Assembly: GCA_963716725.1 (NCBI GenBank)
Contig: CAVQUB010000020.1
Location: forward strand, 128,001 to 192,000
Direction of reading: 5' to 3'
Source of the DNA: an uncultured delta proteobacterium
GTDB lineage: Bacteria; Myxococcota_A; Polyangia; Polyangiales; Polyangiaceae
Length of the DNA stretch: 64,000 bases
Part shown: positions 53,904 to 62,668 of the stretch, in pieces
How the letters are laid out: each line of letters begins with the position of its first letter
Position numbering within the stretch: the stretch's first letter is position 1
Translations under genes and position numbers: made by a program
The notes under the pieces: generated by a model
What the model was told of the DNA's origin: nothing
What the model saw: only the letters and a program-made list of their open reading frames with translations
Database searches by the model: none

Positions 53904-55315
53904 TACGCCTGGCCGTCGCGCTCCTGTCGAGCGCGGCGGTCGTGGCCGGCGTGGTTGCTGCTTGCTCCTCCGAGCCGGGTGGGAGCGAGGGCCAAGCAGC
54001 AACCGATGCGGGCTTCTTCGACGCGGTTCACGATACCCAGCCGAGCGACCAAGTCTCACTCGACTCGCCGCCAGACCACCTCGCGCTAGATGCGGGCGAC
54101 CTGCCGCCCGAGCTCGGCTGGCTCGTGGATCCAGCGATCTGGAAACCCATGGCGGGAGTGAGCATGGCGAAGTGCGAGCTGTTCGAGGCGCTGCCCGGAA
54201 AGTTTCCGTTGCCCGCCATCGAGTGGAAGGCGTGCGGTGCTGGATGCGAAGAGACGAGCCCGCAAGAAGCGCTGGTGAGCGACCTATACTTTCCGGTCGC
54301 CAGCACGCACTCCGTGGAAGGGCAAACGGAAGTCTTCCTGACCGGCGAGCAAGGTGTGAAGGGCAGCGCCTTCTGGTATGGCGTGCGCCGCGTGATCCGG
54401 CTCCGCGACGGAGTCACGCTCGGGGCGGTAGAACGGGTGGTGCCGACCAATGTGACCGAAAGCCCATGCGAGTTTGGCTCCGGGCGCGAGAGTGCACTCG
54501 AGAATACCGTGACGGGTGGAAACCCAGTAGTCAGGCTGACAATGACGGCTCCTCGGGTGGCCCTGAAGTCTTGGCGCTTTGCCCTTCCGCCGCCCTTGTT
54601 TTCGGAAGTTCCCGCTGGGTTGATCGGGTTCGACACGGATCATGATGGCGGGCAGGTGTTCTACATTGGCAAGGGCAGCGTCTGGGGGCTCCTCGATGTG
54701 GACGAGAGTGACTACACCCTACTGGAACCGAATTCGAGCTCGTACCACGGCGCGGGCGAAGGAGATCTGGCGGTGTGGACTGATTACGGTGTGGGTCGGA
54801 TCCGAGGTTGGGCGCCCGACGGACTCGGCGTGCGCACCATCGTCGACGGTTCGCCGCCGAGCATGTGTGACGTGGCGCCCACCCCGACACACATCATCGG
54901 TTTCGTACCGGAGGGTGGAAGCTGCGATGTGCCACACCCTGGTCGCGTTTGGTATGTGCCACGTAACACGACCCTGACGACCGCTACGCCAACGCTGAGT
55001 CCGCCTCTATCGGGCGACCCGATCGTGCTGGTGACGTCCTTCGGTATCCGCGCCTGGGGAGACTTCGCGGTGCTTCACCTCTCTACTCAAAATTCAAAAC
55101 CACGCCACCTTCTTGCCGTCCAGCTCTCGACCTGGAAGACGTGGCGCATCGACGCGGCAGCTGGCTTCGAAATCCAAGGGAACACGTTCGCGCTCACCGA
55201 CAAGCACCTGTATTACGGCGAAGGACCGAAGGGGAAAGCGCCCAACTATCTTTCCCGCATGCGCCGTATCGCCCTCGACCAGCTGGGCGGAGCACCCAAC
55301 GTGACACCACAATGA
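53888..55315 (+). CDS. Hypothetical lipoprotein (beta-rich)
   Basis: Overlaps the upstream stop; VVAGVVAAC lipobox; 475 aa. Confidence 0.75.
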   Translation: MHGALIRLAVALLSSAAVVAGVVAACSSEPGGSEGQAATDAGFFDAVHDTQPSDQVSLDSPPDHLALDAGDLPPELGWLVDPAIWKPMAGVSMAKCELFEALPGKFPLPAIEWKACGAGCEETSPQEALVSDLYFPVASTHSVEGQTEVFLTGEQGVKGSAFWYGVRRVIRLRDGVTLGAVERVVPTNVTESPCEFGSGRESALENTVTGGNPVVRLTMTAPRVALKSWRFALPPPLFSEVPAGLIGFDTDHDGGQVFYIGKGSVWGLLDVDESDYTLLEPNSSSYHGAGEGDLAVWTDYGVGRIRGWAPDGLGVRTIVDGSPPSMCDVAPTPTHIIGFVPEGGSCDVPHPGRVWYVPRNTTLTTATPTLSPPLSGDPIVLVTSFGIRAWGDFAVLHLSTQNSKPRHLLAVQLSTWKTWRIDAAAGFEIQGNTFALTDKHLYYGEGPKGKAPNYLSRMRRIALDQLGGAPNVTPQ

Positions 55316-55920
55316 GCCATCATTCTGCGTCGAAGCTAGTCGGGCTCGGGGTGGCGCTGGCGTTGTTCGCGCAGGGCAGCGAGGCACGTGCGGAACTCGG
55401 ATTCGTCGGCGTGGGAGCGGGCGTGGCCAAGCCGTACACCACCCAGCCGCTTGGCTTCGACGATCCAGCGGACGTGGGTCTCGGCTATGCGATCCGCGGA
55501 TTCGGCTGGGCCACGCCGTCCGATGGCCTGGCGGTTGGCATCACCGCGCTCCACGTGCGCGCACCATCACACGGTCAAACGAGCACGCTCAGCTTCGTGG
55601 GCTTGGGCGGTGGTTTGGGAACGGGTTTCGACGCGGCCACGGTGTTCATGCTCTGGGTCGCGCCAGGCGTGGGATACTCCAAGGGCGCGTGCGCTGCCGA
55701 TCTGGGAGGCGAGCTTGGAATGCGCATCGATCACCACGTGGCTCGTTCCTTTCGTGTGGGCGGAAGCGTGTCCTACACGGGAGTGCTCACCGGTTGCGGC
55801 GACGTCGCAGATGAAAGCTCGCCAGGCAACTACTCATCGGAACCGCCACTGCTTGGCTCCGCCCTCGTTCTTACCCTGGACTTCTCTTTCGATCTGGGTG
55901 CTCAGCCACGACAGCGTTGA
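55312..55920 (+). CDS. Small outer-membrane beta-barrel-like protein
   Basis: ATGA overlap; signal peptide ARA-E; alternating Gly/hydrophobic strands, LVLTLDFSFDL near the C-terminus. Confidence 0.65.
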   Translation: MSHHSASKLVGLGVALALFAQGSEARAELGFVGVGAGVAKPYTTQPLGFDDPADVGLGYAIRGFGWATPSDGLAVGITALHVRAPSHGQTSTLSFVGLGGGLGTGFDAATVFMLWVAPGVGYSKGACAADLGGELGMRIDHHVARSFRVGGSVSYTGVLTGCGDVADESSPGNYSSEPPLLGSALVLTLDFSFDLGAQPRQR

Positions 55921-56213
55921 ATTCGACTCCAACGCTAGTGCCGGGACTCGTCGCAGCTCACTCACGCGGGATCGAACACGCGAAAGCGTTTGGGTGTAGC
56001 TCTGGCGCTGACGCCGGTCACCGTCACTTCTTCCTCCCGCCGATCGGAAACGGCACGACGTTGTGCAACGTCGCCACCTTCGCTTGGTAGGTTGCGGCCA
56101 GCAGCGCCCATGCTCGATCGAACCGATCGCCGCGCTGTGTCCGTGTCCGTCCGCCCGACCGCACCCCTTGATGGGCGCTTCGACGGCGCGGCGGCAGGGC
56201 ACACTCCGCGGGC

Positions 56214-56546
56214 ATGAAACGGTGGACAGCTGATGAGGCGCGGAAAGCTCTGGCTCGGTGGGGCGCGAGCGGGAAGTCGGTTCGTGCGTTCGGGCGCGAA
56301 CACGGGATCGATGCACAGCGGCTGTATTTCTGGCGGCGCCGGTTGGGGACCGAGGCGAAGCGCGGTCTGGGGCGGCCCGTTCGTGCGCCCGCACGACTCG
56401 TGCCCGCGGTGGTGCGTGTCGGGAACGCGGAGAGCGGCGAACTCGGGGTGATCGTGCGTGTTCCGGGCGGCGTCGGCGTCGAGGCGGATCCCGGTCGCGT
56501 GAGTGCCGACTGGCTCGGGGCGCTCGTCGGCGAGCTCTCGAAGTGA
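56214..56546 (+). CDS. tnpA: IS66 accessory protein TnpA (HTH)
   Basis: WGASGKSVRAFGREHGIDAQRLYFWRRRL. Confidence 0.85.
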   Translation: MKRWTADEARKALARWGASGKSVRAFGREHGIDAQRLYFWRRRLGTEAKRGLGRPVRAPARLVPAVVRVGNAESGELGVIVRVPGGVGVEADPGRVSADWLGALVGELSK

Positions 56547-56932
56547 TAGCCGTGCTGCTCCTGCCTCGCGCGGTGCGCGTGTACGTGGCGACGGCGCCTG
56601 TGAATCTGCGGAGGTCGTTCGACGGGCTTTCGAACGAGACGCGCGAGGTCCTTCGACGCGACCCGCTCGGCGGCCACGTCTTTGTCTTCCTCAACCGGCG
56701 AGCGACAATGGTGAAACTTCTGGTGTGGACGCGCAGCGGCTTCACGATCGTGCACAAGCGTCTCGAGAAGGGCCGCTTCACGTTCCTGAGAGAGGTCGCC
56801 AGCGACGCGAAGAGCGTCGAGTTGGACGTGCACGAGCTGTCGATGTTGCTCGAGGGCATCGACGCTCGCGTTGTGCGGGCTCAGAAGCGCTGGGAGCCGC
56901 CGCTTCACGCGCGAGCCGTCGCGTCGACGTGA
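56543..56932 (+). CDS. tnpB: IS66 accessory protein TnpB (Orf2)
   Basis: PVNLRRSFDGL...DPLGGHVFVFLNRR...KLLVW...KRLEKGRF. Confidence 0.92.
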   Translation: MIAVLLLPRAVRVYVATAPVNLRRSFDGLSNETREVLRRDPLGGHVFVFLNRRATMVKLLVWTRSGFTIVHKRLEKGRFTFLREVASDAKSVELDVHELSMLLEGIDARVVRAQKRWEPPLHARAVAST

Positions 56933-57005
56933 CGGTACGTGATCCCATCTGACACTTCGCGATTGTTCTTGCCCCTGATGATCGCGGTGAAATAGAAGAT
57001 GAGAG

Positions 57006-57727
57006 GTGGGCAAGGCGACGTCGCGCAGAAGCAAAGAACGCCGCGGGCCCGTGCTCGACGTGCTCCAGGAGTTGCTCGCAGAAGGCCGCAACGACCAGGT
57101 CGTCCAGCTTTTCGAACAGCTCGTCGCCAAGAACAGCGAGCTGGAGAAGCGGCTCGCCGAGATCGGCGCGCGGCGCAAGAAGAACGAGGGGATCTCACGT
57201 GACCAGCTGCTGCTGTTTCTCGACGCGCTCGCGACTGCTGCGAGAGCGCGGCTGGAACGGACGAGGAACGTGACGAGGCGAATCTCAGGCTGCGCAGCGC
57301 GGCCGGTGTCGATGAGCAAGCTCAGCAAGGCGTGGGGACCAAAGAGATTCGGGAGCCGCGAACGCAGCCGCCGCTAAGGCGCGCTCCGCCGGCGCACCTG
57401 CGTCGAATCGACAATCCACTCGCCGTGCCTGCCACAGAGCGGCCTTGCCCGAAGTGCGGCGCCGAGCGCAAATGCATCGGCCACGATGTGACGGAGGTGA
57501 TCGAACTCATCCCTGCTGAGGTGGCGGTGCGACGCGACAGTCGGGAGAAACTCGCGTGCTCGAGCTGCGATGGCGAGTTGGTCCGCGCACCGTCTGGCGA
57601 CAAAGTCGTCGCCGGAGGCAAGCTCGGCTCGCAGCTAGTTTCCCAGCTCGTAGTCGACAAATACTGGGACGGGTTGCCGCTTCACCGCCAGAAGAACCGC
57701 TTCGAGCGCATGGGCCTGGCGATCCCC
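57006..57727 (+). pseudogene. tnpC: IS66 transposase TnpC, frameshifted and truncated before the DDE domain
   Basis: Coiled-coil N-terminus with QLLLF; CPKCG...IGHDVTEVIE...CSSC; DKYWDGLPLHRQ; ends where the RHS fragment starts. Confidence 0.85.
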
Positions 57728-57920
57728 GTCCACCTCCCCACCACCGGGTCGTAATCCCTCGCACCCAACCGCGTCAGCCCCGTCTCCGCATCGAGCGTCC
57801 CGCCCGCGAAGCCAAACGGCACAAAATCAGGCATCCCCGCGATCAGCGTCCGGTTGCCCCAAGCGCCGAAGTCGGCTCGCCACGCAACCGTTCCCGTCGC
57901 GACATCGACGACCGCCCGCG
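57728..57920 (-). pseudogene. RHS repeat-associated core fragment
   Basis: RAVVDVATGTVAWRADFGAWGN...PFGFAGGTLDAETGLTRLGARDYDPVVGRW, cut before the DP/DPxG motif. Confidence 0.85.
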
Positions 57921-58004
57921 GTCGGGTTGTCGGGCTCCTTCGGGACCGGAGCGGGCGCTGGCTCAGCTCCGCCGGCTTGCGCTCCGCCATATATCGACAC
58001 GCGT

Positions 58005-59108
58005 TCAGTTCGGCCAGGGACCTCGAAGGGACACGAAGAGCGAGCCAGGACCCAGGTTCGGAGTGAGGGCGAGCGCAGCGGCCGGACGCGAAGCACGCTC
58101 CCGCGGCCAAAGCCATGCGGCGACGACTGCGCCGCTGCCAACGACCAGCGCGCCGGTGCTGACCCAAGCGAACGAACGCGCGCGCGCAGCGTCATCGCGG
58201 TACTCAGCGAGAGCGGAAGCGTCGCGACAGAACTGGCGCTCCGACACGCAGCCCGCACGACGCTTGGCGTCTTCCGAGGTGGAGCTCGCCGACAGCGCCA
58301 TCGCGCCGGTCACCGCCGAGACCCCGAGCGCGGTCACACCCACGCCGCCCAGCACCCAGGAAGCGGTAGCGAAACGCAGCTCCTCGGCGCCCCAATCGGC
58401 GCTGGGCGCAGTGACGCAGCGACCTCCGACCCTTCGCTCGCCCGCCAAACACGCAGCCGGCTCAGCCGGACGCGGCGCTGGCAGCCTTTTGCCCTCCATT
58501 TGGCTTTCGACCGCCTCGAGGCGCGGCACCGAAACGACCCGCTCGCCGCCGTCCGCCCCGACGTCGAGCTGGGACTGCCAGCTTCGGTGGCCGGGCGCGC
58601 TCACGACGATGCGGTGCGCACCGGGGTCTATGGGTGTGGGGGTCGACCAGGCCAGCTCGGGGACTTTCGTTCCGTCAAGCTCGATGGTGATGGGCGCGCC
58701 CTTCGCCCCGGAGGCGATCTCGAAGCGCACGCGGGCGACCTTGCCCTCGAGCGCCTCGAGGTGGAGCAAGGCGAGCCGCTCGCGCTCAGGGCGCTTGTCG
58801 GCCCGAGCGGCGCTGAGCGCGTCTTGGTACTCGGTGTAGGCCGTGGCCAGTCGCCCCTGCTTCTCGTGGCAGAGGGCCAGGTTCAAGAGCGTGCCGCCTC
58901 CGGGGTCCAGTCGCTGGCTCTCGGCGAAGGCGGGGCACGCTTCAGCGTAGCGCTGCGCCTCGAGCAACACGCGCCCTTGCTCGAACAGCGCCTGGGCTTG
59001 GCGACGCTCTGCCTCATTCGGCTCGGCACGCACCAAACGTGGCAAGAGCATCACCGCGACCGCGAGGGCCAGCGTTGGTGGTCGCCGGGCTAGGGGCGGT
59101 CGGGTCAT
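58005..59108 (-). CDS. Secreted TPR + PEGA-like protein
   Basis: AQALFEQG...ACPAFAESQRLDPGGGTLLNLALCHE; IDPGAHRIVVSAPG; C-terminal hydrophobic segments. Confidence 0.85.
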   Translation of the reverse strand: MTRPPLARRPPTLALAVAVMLLPRLVRAEPNEAERRQAQALFEQGRVLLEAQRYAEACPAFAESQRLDPGGGTLLNLALCHEKQGRLATAYTEYQDALSAARADKRPERERLALLHLEALEGKVARVRFEIASGAKGAPITIELDGTKVPELAWSTPTPIDPGAHRIVVSAPGHRSWQSQLDVGADGGERVVSVPRLEAVESQMEGKRLPAPRPAEPAACLAGERRVGGRCVTAPSADWGAEELRFATASWVLGGVGVTALGVSAVTGAMALSASSTSEDAKRRAGCVSERQFCRDASALAEYRDDAARARSFAWVSTGALVVGSGAVVAAWLWPRERASRPAAALALTPNLGPGSLFVSLRGPWPN

Positions 59109-59135
59109 GGGCGCTGCCCCTGACGCTAGCACCTC

Positions 59136-60716
59136 TCATTTGCGGTCAAGCAGGCCGTCGGCGTGAATGCCCAGCGGGCTCGCCGCAGAGGCCAATCCAG
59201 GAGCGCGCGGCTCGCCGCGTCGCGGCGGCTTGGAAGCCCCCCGCTGGGATGCGTCGGGCGGGACCGTCGCCGAGGCCGGCGCCAACGCCGTAGCGTGGTC
59301 CGGGCTCGCAGCCGGTCGCGGTGCCCAGGCCGAGATCGCGCTGCGCAACCTGACCTCGGCGCCGGGCGCACGCCCGGCTGCGGACCAGATCCCGAGCCCC
59401 ACGATGACGACCACCGCAGCCGTGACCCAACCGAGGGTGCGCACCGGAGCCGGCCGCGGGCCGGCGGTTCCAGCGACGCTGGTGGCCAGCGCATCCGACC
59501 GCGCCAGCGCAGTCGGTCTCACGCTCGATCGCGCGTTGGCCGCGATGCGTTCGATGCGTTCCACGAGCGCGGTGACTCCAACGGGCGCGAAGCTCAACAA
59601 CGCCCGCGCCAACTCGGCGACGCTCGAGAACCGCAGGTCTCTATCCTTCTCCAGGCAGCGCGCGATCACCCGACCGAGCCCCTGGGGCAGATCCGGCCGA
59701 AGCTCATCGAGTGGCGGCGGGGGGCGGGTCAGGATCGCGGTGGCGAGGGCCGCCAAAGTCGGCGCATCGAACGCGGGTTTCCCGGCGCACAGTTCGTAGA
59801 GCACGGCGCCCAAGGACCACAGGTCGGTGCGCGCATCGACGGCGGCGGTGTGCTCCAGCTGCTCCGGTGACATGTAGCGCGGCGATCCCATGATGGCTGA
59901 GGTGTGGGTCAGTCCGGAATCCATGGTCGCGACCCCGGAATCCTCCGCCGCCTTGGCGATGCCGAAGTCGAGCACCTTCACCAGCGGCGAGCCGTCGACC
60001 GATCGGGTGAGGAACAGATTGGCCGGCTTGATGTCGCGGTGAACGATGCCACGAGCGTGAGCGGTCGCCAGCGCTTCACACACCTGCAACACGTGGCAGA
60101 CGGCTTCCTCCACCGGCAGCGCGCCGCGCTCCTCGAGCTCCTGCGCCAAGTCGCGACCCTCCAGGTGCTCGAGCACCAGGTACGGGCGACCGGAGCACAG
60201 ACCGGCGTCGATGACGCGCGCGATGTGCTCGCTGTCCAGCGCGGCTCCAGCCCGCGCTTCGCGCAAGAAGCGCCGCACGGATTCGTCGCTCGCGTCGGGC
60301 GCACGCAAGAGCTTCACCACCACGTAGGTCCCCAACACCAGGTGCCGTGCGCGCGCGACCACGCCCATACCACCGGCGCCGAGCACCGCTTCGATCGCGT
60401 ACTTCTCCGCGATCACGCGCCCCGGCGCGAGTAGCTGCGCCTCGGTCGAGTTCAGAGCGAAGTCCGCCGGGGCAGCCACCTGCCCCGCCGCCAGCAGCGT
60501 TGGCGCGTGTGGCTCCGCTGAGTCCACCCCTCGGTCTTCGCACTTCGCGGCTGCCAGCGCGGAGACCAACCTTCGACACTCGTCGCAGACCCCGAGATGG
60601 GCCTCGAGCTCACTCCTCCGCTCCTCCGAGTGGTCTCCAGCGACGAACGCCGCGACTTTGGCCTCGTCGGGACAATCGCGTCTCTCGGCCGGCTGCAAGC
60701 CAGAAGCGTCGGACAT
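59136..60716 (-). CDS. Ser/Thr protein kinase with N-terminal zinc-finger (HxxxCxxC) anti-sigma-like motif and TM helix
   Basis: CPDE...EAHLGVCDEC; LGAGGMGVV, HRDIKPAN, DFG, GSPRYMSPEQ. Confidence 0.92.
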   Translation of the reverse strand: MSDASGLQPAERRDCPDEAKVAAFVAGDHSEERRSELEAHLGVCDECRRLVSALAAAKCEDRGVDSAEPHAPTLLAAGQVAAPADFALNSTEAQLLAPGRVIAEKYAIEAVLGAGGMGVVARARHLVLGTYVVVKLLRAPDASDESVRRFLREARAGAALDSEHIARVIDAGLCSGRPYLVLEHLEGRDLAQELEERGALPVEEAVCHVLQVCEALATAHARGIVHRDIKPANLFLTRSVDGSPLVKVLDFGIAKAAEDSGVATMDSGLTHTSAIMGSPRYMSPEQLEHTAAVDARTDLWSLGAVLYELCAGKPAFDAPTLAALATAILTRPPPPLDELRPDLPQGLGRVIARCLEKDRDLRFSSVAELARALLSFAPVGVTALVERIERIAANARSSVRPTALARSDALATSVAGTAGPRPAPVRTLGWVTAAVVVIVGLGIWSAAGRAPGAEVRLRSAISAWAPRPAASPDHATALAPASATVPPDASQRGASKPPRRGEPRAPGLASAASPLGIHADGLLDRK

Positions 60717-60748
60717 GGTCGGAGTGCCGAAGTATGCTGGCGCGACGG

Positions 60749-61624
60749 ATGAACGAGCAAGCGCTGGCCGATGCTTTTCTACGAGCTTTGCCCGAAGCAG
60801 AGCGGGCCGGGCTCGCCAACGCCGATCTCGGCCGAGATCTCGGTTTGCTGATGCAAGCGGCCCGAGAGAGTTACCCGAGCCTGTGCGTGGACGAGCTGGG
60901 CTTCATGCACTACGCCGCGGAGCGCTACCAACAGCCGACGCAGCTGGAGCCGGCCCGCTTCGCGGACCTCTACTTGTGTGCCGGGGCCGCGGCCGGCGAC
61001 GGAGAAGCCGTTCGCATCTTCGAGACCGAGCACTGGCCCGAGCTCGAGCCGCCGCTGTCGAGGCTGCGCATGACAGCGGCGGAGCTCGCCGATCTGCGCC
61101 AGCGGCTGTTCGAGGAGCTGTTTGTGACCCGGCCCGACCGGCGCCCAAAGATCGCCGAATTTTCGGGCCTCGGCGATCTGCGTGGCTGGCTCAAGGTCAC
61201 CGCCGTGCGACTCGGGCTCAAGGTGTTGCGCGGACGCGAGCACCACGAGAACGCCGATGAGCTGCTGGAGCAGCGTGCCGCGGAAGCCGGCGATGCCGAA
61301 CTCTCACTGATGAAGGCCGAGTATCGCCCGATGTTCAAGCTGGCCTTCCAACGCGCGCTGGATTCGCTGCCGGACCGCGACCGACTGGTGCTGAAGCAAC
61401 ACCTGCTGGACGGGCTGAGCATCGACGTCCTCGGCGATCTGCACGGAGTTCACCGCGCGACGGCCGCGCGATGGCTGACCGCCGCCCGGGGGGCCCTGGT
61501 CGCGCGCACGCGGCGCGATTTGATGCGCGACGCGAACATCAGCGCTCGCGAATGCGACAGTGTGATGAAGCTGGTGCGAAGCCAGCTCGACACGACGATC
61601 CGGCGCCGGCTCTCCGACAGCTGA
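60749..61624 (+). CDS. Myxobacterial ECF-type sigma-like regulator
   Basis: DLYLCAGAAAGD, FSGLGDLRGWLKVTAVR, LDGLSIDVLGDLHGVHRATAARWL (region-4 HTH). Confidence 0.85.
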   Translation: MNEQALADAFLRALPEAERAGLANADLGRDLGLLMQAARESYPSLCVDELGFMHYAAERYQQPTQLEPARFADLYLCAGAAAGDGEAVRIFETEHWPELEPPLSRLRMTAAELADLRQRLFEELFVTRPDRRPKIAEFSGLGDLRGWLKVTAVRLGLKVLRGREHHENADELLEQRAAEAGDAELSLMKAEYRPMFKLAFQRALDSLPDRDRLVLKQHLLDGLSIDVLGDLHGVHRATAARWLTAARGALVARTRRDLMRDANISARECDSVMKLVRSQLDTTIRRRLSDS

Positions 61625-61666
61625 ACTTTCGCTGCGACCCGGCGCCTCGGGGGGGCTCTTAGGGTC

Positions 61667-62668
61667 ATGTTGCCGCTCTTTCGCCCCTCCACCCTGAGTG
61701 GGCTCTACCCCAAGGCCAGCCGAACGCTGCCTATTCTTGCTGCTTTGTCCTCGATCCACTGCTCTTCGAGCCCCGGTTCCGGGTACGGCGCCGGCGGGGC
61801 GGCCGGGGTCGGCGGCGAGTCGATGTTCGGCGGGGCCGCGGGATCGGCGGGCTCCGGGGGCGGCTCGGTCGTGGGGGGAAGCGGCGGCACCGGGGCTCAA
61901 GCGGGTGGAGGCGCCTCGAGCGGCGGAGTCGGCGGCAGTCCGTCGAGCTGCGGGGGGTACTGCGGGGAGCAAGCGCCGAGTGGCTGTTGGTGCAACGACC
62001 AGTGTTACTCGTACGGAGATTGCTGCCCGGACTATGCAGCGGCGTGCGGCAGCGGCGGCGCGGGTGGCAGCGGCGGCGCGGGTGGCAGCGGCGGCGGTGG
62101 CTCCGGGGGCAGTGGGGCGAGCGCGGGAGCGGGCGGAGTCGCCGGCTTCGATCTCGTCAACTGCACGGGGCCAGCCTCCACCACCGGCAGCGCGTCCGGC
62201 TCGACGCCCAGCGCCAAGCTGGGTTTCGTCCAACCCGATCCGTCCGGCAACGTGAAGGTGATCCTCTCGCCGAAGCTGACCACCTCAGCTGGCGATCTCG
62301 TCGTGGGGATCTATCTCTTCGCGCAGCCCAAGCAGCTCTCGTACCCGCCGAACGGCAGCGTTGGTTGCGTGATCCTCAGCGACAACGGCTCGAGCTGGGG
62401 CGTCGTCGCCAAGACGCAGATCTGCGAAGTCACGCTGTCCGCGCTTCAGTTCGCGTCGCAACCCGGCGTGTGCGACGGCGTGATCTCCGGGGTGTTCAAG
62501 GGGATCTTCAGCGGCAACCAGCCGGTCGCGGGCTCGTTCTCGCTACCGCTCGAAGTGGCAGAGTCCCAGATCAAGGCCCCTTCCTGTCAGGGCATGAACG
62601 GCCCCTGCTCGATCAATTCGGACTGCTGCTCGCAGTCGTGCTCCAAGTACATCGGGGTGTGCAATTGA
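61667..62668 (+). CDS. Gly-rich exported protein with somatomedin-B-like domain and C-terminal knottin-like Cys motif
   Basis: SCGGYCGEQAPSGCWCNDQCYSYGDCCPDYAAAC; CQGMNGPCSINSDCCSQSCSKYIGVC; start codon uncertain. Confidence 0.75.
   Translation: MLPLFRPSTLSGLYPKASRTLPILAALSSIHCSSSPGSGYGAGGAAGVGGESMFGGAAGSAGSGGGSVVGGSGGTGAQAGGGASSGGVGGSPSSCGGYCGEQAPSGCWCNDQCYSYGDCCPDYAAACGSGGAGGSGGAGGSGGGGSGGSGASAGAGGVAGFDLVNCTGPASTTGSASGSTPSAKLGFVQPDPSGNVKVILSPKLTTSAGDLVVGIYLFAQPKQLSYPPNGSVGCVILSDNGSSWGVVAKTQICEVTLSALQFASQPGVCDGVISGVFKGIFSGNQPVAGSFSLPLEVAESQIKAPSCQGMNGPCSINSDCCSQSCSKYIGVCN

Larger units (their letters stand above)
56143..57727 (+). mobile_element. IS66-family element, 3'-truncated
   Basis: tnpA-tnpB-tnpC order; candidate left end GTGTCCGTCCGCCCGACC at 56143 (uncertain); no right end. 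Confidence 0.85.
49691..58007. mobile_element. 8.3-kb insertion bounded by the left and right ends of the 4808-4978 MITE, flanked by TCA direct repeats
   Basis: 49690-49794 matches 4804-4907 (6 substitutions and 1 indel by eye); 57966-58007 matches 4940-4981. TCA at 49691-49693 and 58005-58007. Excision restores convergent stops TAG-gttgcgc-TCA. Confidence 0.65.
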
